A stretch of 64,000 nucleotides of DNA from a virus: positions 1-64,000 of IMG/VR virus record IMGVR_UViG_3300044922_000175; one strand, given 5' to 3'. The translations under genes were made by a program, and so were the position numbers. How positions within the stretch are numbered: the first letter of the stretch is position 1; each line of letters begins with the position of its first letter. Positions 42,458 through 54,400 of this stretch are shown one piece after another. The notes beneath the pieces are model-generated. The model saw only the letters and a program-made list of their open reading frames with translations. It did no database searches and was not told the DNA's origin.

Positions 42458-45400
42458 TTATAAATAACATCTTTTTATTTGTTCTACAAAACTATTCTGA
42501 TTACCACCACTAGTATTTACGTAATCTTTGTACTGTTCTACAAAATTAACAAATGAGGTAATATTTAAATCTTGTTTTATTTTTTCTTTTTGTTCATCTG
42601 TAAGTTCATTCATATAGAACTCATTAAGTACTGGGTATTCTGCTTTAGCTTTAAGAACAGCTCCCATAGATACATTAAATGCGGCAGCTGGTGCACTTGC
42701 TAACATAGCATCAATATCTCCAAATTCTTCAGTTTGTTCTTGAGCTTTAGGTGTTAAGGTCTTAGCTAATTCTTCAGGTGATTTTGCAGTTGTATCAAAA
42801 GGTTTACCATCTTTTTCATATGTAATTTTCTTACCTTCAGTTTTAACAGTAATACCATTAGAAGCTAGAGTACTTGATATATTAGCTGGAGCTTTACTAA
42901 AATCTATATTGGCTAATTGTTTATCTATACTTTGATCAAAATCTATATTATTTAAATCAGAAAATGCACCAGGATTATTAGCTACATTCTTATTTCTTCT
43001 ATTAGCAAAAATACCTGTAAATGTTGGTAAACTACCAGGAATTACAAAGCCTGCAGCAAATTGTTTTCTAGAACCAATAGGATCAAATTTCTCATACTCA
43101 GCAGATACACCAAACGCATACATGTCACCAGGTTGAATAAGATCAGCTAAGTTTTCCTCTTGTTTAACTCTATCTCTCTTTATAGTTTTTAATCTATAGA
43201 AAGTTTTTTTATTAAATGTATAGTCTATTGTTTTAAGTACTATAGGAAAACCTATTTGTGTTTTACCATCTTTACTCTCTTGTACTAAGCCTGCAATTCT
43301 TAAATAGTTTAAGTTATACCTATAGAACTTTTTACCTTCATCAGATAATCTGGATTCTCCAGGTAAAGCTACCATAGGTTGTACAATCTGATAATTACCA
43401 TTCTGATCAACTATCATCTCATCACCTTTATAGTTAGATACGTCACCCAAAGGAATTAACTCTCTTTCAAATGTGGTATTTTTAAATACATTAATCTGAA
43501 TACCAGTATCAGTTGTAGTAATTGGTGATTGTATTTTAGTATTTTCTGGAATATCTAATTTTTTCTTAAGTTCTTTAACCTCATTATTCTTAGCTAAATT
43601 TGTTTTTAGTGTTTTTGTAAAGAACGTTGTATTAGAACTTTGTAAGAATCCTCTAACAAACTCATTGTATAATTGATTAATACTTGCACCAAATGTCTTT
43701 TTAACAAAAGCATTATCAGCGCTTCCTTTTAATGCATTAACTGCAGCACCAGAGGAGTTAAGAATCATCTCAAACATAAAGTTTGGCATTACTCTAATAA
43801 AAGATCCAGACTTAAACTGACCGCCATCTTTAACAAGTAAGTAATGGAATAGATCAATTGCATAAGGTCTAGTTAACTCATTAGTATATAACTCCATAAA
43901 GCTATACTGAATCTTGTTAAGCTGTAATTTACTTAACTTGGTCCAGTTATTAAAGTCTACTTTATTAATACCATCTTTGTTAGATTTATTAGCACCAGTA
44001 ATTGCAAATAAGAATTTGTTTGCAAAATAGTTATTAGGACTTAACTCTCTTAACTTCTTAACTACATCAGTTACATTATCCATATTTTCAGGTAACGTGC
44101 TTGCTGCCTGGTCATAAATCATTCCATTATTCAAAGAAGCTAATGCTCTTTTATAACCACCTTTATTTAGAATGTTTAGATAAGCTTTGATTGCAAAAAA
44201 AGAAATTAAGTTTTGATCTAGTGACTTCTTAAAGTTTTTACGGTCCCTAAAGTTAACTTCTGTATTTGCTAATACTATATCGCGCATTCTATTAACTACA
44301 GGTGTACGGTTTAACATTACACTACCAGTTAAAGATCTAATTTCTCTATATACAGTAAAGTTAAATCCAAATGTAGTATTCTGATTACGTAGTAAAGAGC
44401 GAATATCAAATGGTATTGAACTAGTTTCAAACTCTTTGTCAGTCATCTCTAAACCTAAATCTACAGCTTTATCATAAATCTCATCAAACTCTGTAAGATC
44501 TTTAGGTAGTCCCTTATTTACTTTTAATACTGCAGATACATTCATAAAAGTATCTGATTGAAGATTTAAAGTTTTAAAGCTATTAAGTACATATACCTGA
44601 ATTTCAGGAGTATTTCTTTTAATACCTGCAATAAGATCTGCTGTTGTAATATTAGTAGGAATTTCTTTTACATCATACTTTTCTATTAGATTCTTAATAA
44701 TAGTATTCTTACTTACTTTTCTTTCAGCATCTGTAGCATATGAAGATTTATTTGTTCTTAAAGTTTTATAGAACTTACGTATTGCCGGTTGATTGATGAA
44801 TAGTAAGCTATCCTCTAATGATACACCCTGTGCTACCATATTAGCTACAACACCTAATGAATCAATATTAAGATTTAACTTAGCAGCAAGACGTTCTTTA
44901 GCATTATCCGTCATTGCTGATACTAAAGCAGACAAAATATCAGCTATCCTTTTACCATCATATTCTCCAGTTTTTGGATTATAAGCTTTAGTTTCACCAT
45001 ATGTATCAAACTCTTTACCATTAAGTTTAAATCTTAATGTTTTAAGTTCTATTGTCTCACCTGTTTCATCTGTATAAGAACTTGCTTTTCTAATATTAAT
45101 ATTATTAGTATTTAATAATGAATAAACAAGTAGAGAGTTAACTGCCGGTCCAATGTTTCTAGCACCTTCTTTGTTATTTCTAAATGCATAGTACTTACCA
45201 AGTAAAGTATCAATATTATATTTACCTTCTTCCAACTGATCTTTAAGTTCAGGAAACTGCTCGGTAAAGCTTTTAACAATATTAATAAGAGGATCTACAG
45301 TGGCTACCTGGAATGCTTTAGGAATCTCCCCTTCTTTTGCAGTAACCATATCTGTATTATTTAATAAAGCAATACGAGCATTTACAATGATATTGTTAAG

Positions 45401-48400
45401 TGCTCCTTGATAAGGTTCATACCCTAACTTTTCTATTTTAGTATTATACTCATCTGCAGTAGATGGTAAATTTAAATATTGTAAAGCTGCTTTAGTAACT
45501 TCTTCTTGATTTATATAATCATCAAAATAATCAGAGTCTGAAATATCTATATCTAATTCCTGTAAAGCTTCTAGCTCATCAGCTTTTTCTTTTTTAAGAG
45601 CACTATAAAACTCAAAATATGCTTTCTTAAATTCTTTATTCTTACTAAACTGATATTTTACAAACTGATTGAACTTTTCTGTTTTAGTAGTTCCACTACC
45701 ATAAGCTATAAATTTGCCATTCTCTACTAACCATTCTTGAATGGCTATGTAAAGTTTATCAATATCAAAGTCAGCTCCAGATATCTCAATAAGTTCTTGT
45801 GGAAATACTGCAGATGATCCATAGTATACCGGCATAAAGTCTACAAGTTTAAGAGCTACTGCAGAGTGTTTATCCTGTGAAGGAATACGTACTCCAAACA
45901 TTTTAGCTACAGCATCTGGTATTTTATCACCTGGTTTAATAAAGCTTAATAACTCTTTAAAGTGAGCTGGCATAATAAACTCAGTAAAGTATCCGGTAAT
46001 CTTACCGTTCTCATCATACTCAGGTACGTTATGTCTTAAATCATCTACATAATAATCACCTACTTGTAAATCATTAAAGGTTCTATTTTCTAGATCAGAC
46101 TGAGTTTTAGGTGTACCATATTTAGAAGGATTAAGTTTAAATTCTTCAACTCTTATAAGCTCCCATCTTTTTGGTTGACCATTCTCATCTAACTCTAATA
46201 CTTTTTTAAGTTGTTTTACACCATAGTCAGATACCAATGCTACAGCATGTCCTGGAACTTTTTCAGATAAAACACCTTTAGAGAAATATGATAAGAACAA
46301 CTCAACAAACTTGTCAATAGTAATGGGTGAGTTAAGATCATATTTAGGTTCTCCTTGCTCATCTAGTTCAAAGAACTCAATCATTTGAGCATCACCTGCT
46401 GAAGATTTTAATGTTTCAATAGCATATTTTTGGAATGCTGCAAGTTTAGGAGTTACTGTCCCAGCTGCAATAGATTTTTTAACCTCTTCTAATCCTGAAT
46501 CTAAAGTAAAGATTGCATTTCTTTTTTCAAGATAATTGACTTTAACTCTATTAAGAGATGAATTTTGATAAATCTTTTTAAGGTCTCCAACAGAAATGTC
46601 GGTACCCATAAAGTTAACTATTGTTTCATCATTTTGTTCAGCTGTAAGAATTGTTTTAATCTGAGTAGTATCTGTAATTTTAACTTTATTAGAAGGGTTC
46701 TCTAATTGTAATCTCCAATACTTAGTACTAGTCTCAATAAAGTTTCTATCAGTAATACTATTTACATCACTAGCTACATTTGTCTTTTTACCTTTAGATC
46801 CAGATACAGGAATTGCTAAACTTACAGTTTCTCTATCTTTTTCATATGCTTCAAGTGTATTACGCAAACTATGTAATTCTTCTTTACCAGGTAATGCATA
46901 TTGAAACTTATTACCATAAGAAGTAAATTCTTTAGTTAATACAAAACCAGAGGTCTTAATATATGTTTGACCGTCAAAGTATACTAACTTAATTGAGTTA
47001 GTAGCAGCATCAAATGATACAGCACCTTTTTGAGTACTATCACCAAAGAAGAAATCACCAGTTACTGTTTCACCATTTTCAATTTTGTTTAATAACTCAG
47101 CTTGAATAGGAGATAATTTACCTAAACCAAATAATGTATAACGTAAAGCTTTTACAGTCATCCACATCTGAGCATTTGCTTTTTCTCCTTTACCACCCGC
47201 ATATTTAGCTTGAAATAAAGGATCAGAAAGAGTAACTATATGTGCAGTTTTAAATGCATGTTTAATACCTAATCTTTCATCTGTTATAATAGCTTCAATG
47301 TTAGCACCAGTAGCATTAGATCCCTTAGCTCTTTTAACTTCATCTACGGCATCTTTAAATGATATAGCATGGTCACCATGCATTAATTGGTTAATAGCTG
47401 TAGTATTGATAAAATCATTTACATATATCTGTAAAAGATTATATCTGTAATCATTATTTTTTAAATTAAAAAAACTATTTTTAGTTATATCTTCTTTAGC
47501 TTTCTTCTTATCTTTTTCTTTTATAGTAAAACCTTTAGTTACAAAAGATGCTAATGCAGATTTAGTTACTTTTCCATCCTCTACTTGTAAAATGTTATCC
47601 TCATCTAATAAATCTATTAGATAGTTTACATCATTAAGCATAGATTGAGTCATCTCTTTTTTAATCTGTGCTTTTTGTTTTTCTGTTAAAGGTAAATTTT
47701 CTTGAGCTTGTGCTTCTAATTCATTCTTTAAATCTTCACTTATTAGTTTACCAGTCTTAAATAAAGTAAGACCACGCATTTTACCAGTATTAAAGTCATA
47801 GATCTCATCTATAAACTCACCATTAGCTACTCTTTGAATACGAGTATACTCCTGTTCTACAAAACCAAGCATTGCGTTTTCTGCTTGTTTTGTTAAAGTA
47901 TTTTTACCGGATGCTTTAGCAGCGGCTTTAATTATAGGTAAGTTAACTACATTACCAGTACTAGATGCTTCAAGGACACGAATAAGATGGGTGGATGTAC
48001 CAAACTTAACTTTATTTCTTTCTTGTACATCTCCGGTAGAATATAGATCAAGTAAACTAACAATAAATTCTTCAGGGGTAAAACTACCATATGTAGTTCC
48101 TTCACGTCTGTTAACCTCAAGTTGTTTATTTTCAATTACATCACCATCTTCTGTTTCATTAAGACTACTTACTTTTTGTCCATCAATTCTTTTAACTGTA
48201 ACTAAATCAAGAGATGCTAAGAAGTTTGGATCATTTAATAAATAGTTATTTGCTAAGAATGGATCCTTTAATAACTCTTCAATACCACCGGCTTTCTTAA
48301 TCTCATTTATCTTAACTAAGTGATATGATGGTAATTGGTGTACATATACTAATTGCCCTTCTGCATTTTTCCAGCTAGTAGCATATACAGACTCATCAAA

Positions 48401-51400
48401 TATGGCATTTGCTTTTGCAAGATTATATAAACGTGTAGTAGCACCACCTTCTAGTACTTCTGTTTCTGGAGTAACTTCTCCTGTTTCAGCATCTACAGTT
48501 ATTTCATACTGAACATTAATAAAAGGATTTTCTTCAGTATCTACTAAATCAGATAACGCATCTATATCTTCTATAGTAATTGGTGTTACGTTAGAATATA
48601 TCTTAAATAATTTAATTTGCTGATCTGTAAGAGTAGTTATATTATTTGCAATAGAATAAGACAAATACATACCACTTAAAGAAATACCTAAAGTCTCCAT
48701 TAATTCTACAGATAACTTATTAGTTACCTGGATTAACTCATCATCAGTATATTTCTTAGTTGGTGCCATTGCTGTTTTAATCTTAGTTAAAACAAGTTTA
48801 GCTTTAGCTTTTGATTCAGGAGTTAACTTACTTTCATAAATATTACTATATGCTTGTGACCACTGATCAAATTGCACTTTACCAGAATCTTTTCTATTTG
48901 CAGAAATAATATTTGCAATCTCTTTTTTAAGATCCTTATTGATAAACAAATAGTCAATGGCATACTGACCAAAACCTTTTGTAAAAGATTGGAACAAATA
49001 ACTATTTTTAACATTAGAGAGATCAGGATTACCTTCTTCATCAAATGTTACTCCGGTCTGAATAAAGAATTCATCAATGACTTTACCAGACTCAAAGTTT
49101 CTATCTTTATATAGATTAAGTTTTAAAAGAACTTCATCAATAGTTTCAGTTCCAGCAATTGCTTTAAGAATACCATTGTATACAGTAGAACCATCTACTG
49201 ATTGAATATAAGGCGTACCATCTAAAAATTGTACATTACCAAATTCATCAGCTGCTTGATATGTAATAGTAGATATCCAAGATCTTAAAAACTTAGATAA
49301 ACTACCAAAACCACCTACACTAGCAGCACCCTCGGTATAATTCTGCTTACCTCTTTCTCCTAACTCATCTATAATATCGTCTGAAGCATCTTGCTCATTA
49401 GTTTCTTTAATACTTAAAATAGCTAAATGCTCACGTACTGCCTCCTTAAGAATTTCTCTATTTTCAATTAAGCTAAATATACTTCTATACTCTTTTAATT
49501 TAGCAATTTCTTTACTTTTAAGATCTATATATTGTTCTAATTTTGGATTATAAAGTTCTTTATAGTCATTTAATATTCCATCTAATAAATCTTCTGTATT
49601 AGTTTGCTTATCTGCATCTTTAAGTTTGTTATTATATATAGCAGCTACACTTGCAGATAATCTAGTACCCTCTTGTTCTGGTAAATACTTATCTACTCTA
49701 ATAAGATTAACTTCACCTTCAGCAGCAAATGTAGAATCTTCAATGACATCTGTACCAATTTTAATAGCTTTAAGTACTGGTTCACTGATATCAAATGGAG
49801 AGTCTGTATATCTATTAGTAACTACCTTACTATTTCTATACTTACCGGCATCAATATTGTCAAATAAAGAGTTTAATTCATTCTTACCAAATCTGCTAAA
49901 TACTTTCTTAATAAGCTCAACAATTTTAGCAAACAAACTTTTGTTTACATGACTAGTCTCTGTTTTTTTATTAATCTTCCAAGCTTCAAACTTATCAGCA
50001 AGGTACTCTTCATACATTCTCTCTTCTAACTGAGACTCACTCATTGCTGCATAAAGAGGATTTAATAAGCGCATCTCTTCTTTAGCCAAAGAGAATGACT
50101 TACCTTCTTTACGCAACTGATCCCTTAACTCTTTTTTAGCAATTGTTAAGTATCTAGATATCTGAGCATCACTTAGTAATAAACGAAATACTGCGTGGAA
50201 AGCTTCATGATATTTAAAAGGAGAACTAGCAGATGTATATATAGTACCGTTAACTTCTACATTACCAGCTACATTAGACAATGAAGATACAAATGCACCT
50301 ACAGTCTTACTACCATTATATAAGTTATTCTTAAGAGTATTTAGATCTTCTACAGTTATAAAGTCTGGAAGATTGTTTTGTACCCAGGTTAAGAACTCAG
50401 TTAAGTTAGTTATATCAGATTCAGTATAACCAGCATCTACTACTTTTAATCCTATAGAATTAGATAATACTTCAATCTGACCTTTAATAGCTAATACCTC
50501 TGGAGAGTTTTCAGCTTGTGTTCTAATCTCTCTTTTTTCAGCTACAGTTAATTCTTCACCTTTTTCAGCAAATCTTTTATCTCTTAATTCATCATCAACC
50601 TCATCCATTTTATCATACAGTTCAGCTTGTAACTGTTTAATTTGTTGTGGAATAGATTGTTGAGCAGCTAATACTTTATTTAAAACATCTGCAGAACTTA
50701 CTTGAATAGGTTCTTTAGGTTTTTCAGTAGGTTCAGTAACGGGAACAACTGGAGGATTAACCGGTGCAACACCTCTTAATAAATCCGGATTAGATGTAGG
50801 ACTAGTAGGAGCTGAACTAAAGTCAATATTACCAAGGGCACTATCTAATACCGAATCATCTACTTTTGGTAATATAGGATTAGCTTGAACATCAGAAGCT
50901 GGCTCAAGCATATCTAGATACACAGATACATCTTTAACCACATTAGTTCCTACACTGGCTTCCATATCTAAAACCTGCAGCGTATCAATAGTCATTGGCA
51001 ATGCTGCTTTAAATGATCTACCAGTAAGGATAATATCCATTTTATTGGCTGGTAATTTTACATCAGCATCATGCTCTTTAATTGCAGTATTTAATAAAGA
51101 AAGTAATTCTGAAAAAGTATTAAACTCAGGATCATTAATAATCCTCTTACGAGTTATTTTATCAGTTCTAGAATTTTTATTTACAAAGTCTAAAACTATT
51201 GATCCATTAGGACTAACATAAACATCTAAGAACTTACCTTTATCTTTTAATGGTAAAGAAATAAATACCTTATTGCCAATATTATCTTCATTCCATACAT
51301 CATTGTATTCCTGAGCTAATGGTTTAGCTTCTTCATCTAGATTCTCTTTCTTAGTTAACTCAATTCTTTCTTTAATACTAGCAGCTAAAGTATTTAGCTC

Positions 51401-54400
51401 TTCAGAAGAAAGCTCTGGTGTAGTTAACTCAACAAATCTAACTTTACCATTAGGTAGTTTAACAACAGCTACATATCTACCATAGTTAAGTAAAGTATCA
51501 TAACCACTTTTGTATCTGGCATCATCAACTTCTTTAATGGTTGACTCTAATAAATCAGGATCAATATCTGTAATAGGAGAACCTTCTACAGTTATAATAG
51601 AACCATTCTTATATTTATTCTTTCTATCAATTACATAGATACCATTATTAATAGTGTTATATGCTAATTCAGAAAGTTTTGGTCTTTCCTCATCACGAGA
51701 TAGGAACTCATAAGATCCTAAACCAATATTAACATTTGCAACCTTCTTAAGATCTGAATAAGAAATCTCAACAGAATCGCTGCTACCTAATTTAGATTTT
51801 AAATAATTTAATAAAGCAACTTTGTTTTTGTAACTAGCTTTTATATTAGCAACAGCTTGATTATATCTACCATTCTTTAAATAGAAAGCTTGCTTAACTC
51901 TATCTGCATTTATTCTATCATAAGAGATAGGATTACCATTTACATCTAAGAATTGGAAAGATGTAGGGTTAGGTAAGTAACCAATCTCTTCACCATTAAA
52001 TACTAATGCAATTGCATATGAATCAGTAAATAAACCAAGTGATTGATTTTCTTTCTGATCTTCTAATTTAAGGTAGGCATATCTCTGAGGTGATTTATTT
52101 AGATTAGTAAATCTAATACTTAATCCCTTTTGTAATTGTTCTATGGGAGTATCTCTTAATAAATTACTTAGACGTGCTGTTGCATCTTTCTGAGATTCAC
52201 CCTCCATTCTTTTACCCCAAGCTTTATCTAATACACTAATAGAATCAAACCTTGATGCGTATTCTTTTTTGTCAATAGGAGCTCTCTCTAATTTAAATCC
52301 AGTAAAAGATTTAGTAGTAAGAACGGCACCAGTTTTAACATTCTTAAGTTTAAGATTAGAACCAGCAGCAATTTCTGCAGGATAAGAGAGCACTATATAC
52401 TCATTGTTTTTTGTATCTGATATAATCTGTCCATTAACTAATGGAACATTATCAAATACAAACTCCTTTTTATTTTTAGCTAAATAGTTACCAATTCCTT
52501 TTTGTGCTTTCTGAGCTTCTTCTAAACTTGTATAAGCATCTACCTCAAAAGGTATTAACTCATCTGGTTTATTTGTTGCATTAATAGCATTAGTACCATC
52601 ATTTAATTTTACAAAATAAATATCTCCAATTTCTGCACCTTCAATAGATCCGCTAAGCTTAGTTATAAATACACCATTATATCCAGGTGAAACAACGCTT
52701 TCACCCTCTTCTAATGCTGTAGTAACGTATTGATTCTCATCTCTTTGTTGAATAAAGATATCAGAGAATGTTACATTATTTTTATTTAATACATCAAAGA
52801 TTAAAGGTGTTCTAGCATTAGTTCTTAGCCACTCTGTAAACTCAGGTTTAGTTTCTGTAATGGCATCATACGTTCCTTCTAACTCTGTAATAGCATTAAT
52901 AATACTAATCGCTTTTTTACTTGTTACAAACTCTTCAAATGATACAGGAATATCAGCTTCTCTTAAAGTCTTTAAGTAATCATCATAAGCTCTACGTACA
53001 ATTGTCTGAGTAAACTCACTTACATCTTCAATATCTTCTGAACCAAATTCTTCCTCTTCTTCTGTAGTATCTGTAGAAAATTGAGATGGCTCTTTGGGTT
53101 TAGTATTAGATGGAGTTTGTTTTACTTCAACTTTTGTTTTTACTTCAAACTCTGATACAAAAGCTTTAATATTCTGAAATCTAGCATCTTCTACACCAAA
53201 TAATTTATTGCTATTTAAATCTCTAAACTTTATATCTGGATCAGTTAGAATGAGTTCTTTAAGCTCATCAAAACTATTTGTTTCTAAATTCTTTAAATAT
53301 TTAAGATCAATAACAAATCCACCAGCAGCTAATGATTTTAAGAATATACCAATCTTAGATGTTTCAGCATATTTCTTAAATGCTTTCTTAAAGAACTCCG
53401 CCCTTCTTTTATCTCTAGCAACAATTAAAGTGCGCTCTCTTTGAGCAAGCTTAATAAAATTATTAGGATCATATAAATCAGACAGAACTTTGTTAAAATT
53501 AGTCTTATCATAATTAAGCGCATAGTAATCAGTAAAGATTCTATAGGCTTCATTTAGATCTGCAGGATTAAGTGTAGTACCTTTCTCATCTAAAAGAACC
53601 TTCATGTAATCAGTAAAGGCTTTCTTTAAATAAGAGGTCTTTCTTACTTCTACAGGATCATTAATATTCTCAATACGGGCAAGATTAGTTTTTAAAGATT
53701 CTAAAGCTTTTAACTTCTTCTTCTTATTATTAGTAATCTCAATAAGAGCTGGATCAGTTATATCTTTACTTGAATCAATTTCTGCAGTTAATAAGTTTAT
53801 TTCTGTATCAATACTTGGAATACTCAAAGTAGCTGTAACATCAGAGTAACTTAAATTACCAACTCCTGCAATAGATGACATCTGTTTTGTCAAATCAGCC
53901 ATGCGAGTTTTAGCTTGCTCTAAACCATGCAAACTAAATACTGCAGTTTTACGGGCCTCTTCAAAAGCTTTATGGTTTTGTAACTCATTAATAAATCCAG
54001 TAATAGCTTCGGGAGTATCAGCAAATTTATATGTATTAGGATTATAAGGATTCTTAAATGCAGAAAACTGCTCATACTGATCTTTAATTTGACCAGCTCT
54101 ATCAATAGTAATATCTAATACTTGCTTTGCTTCTTCATCAGTAACATCATCCTTTAAATCAAATGCCTCTTTTAATTCTTCACCAGTCATTTGTTTCATA
54201 TCCTCTAGTTTCTGAATTAAGAAATCAAACTTATTAGTTTGTAGTGCTGTATAAACACTATTAAATCGAGCTATATCCTTAAGATCGTGGAATGCTTTTT
54301 CATCAAATGATTTTCTAGCATTAACCATATCAGTACCTGCTTTAATTTGTACTAATAAGTTATCTATATCAAGAGCTAAAACTTTATTACCATTATTAAT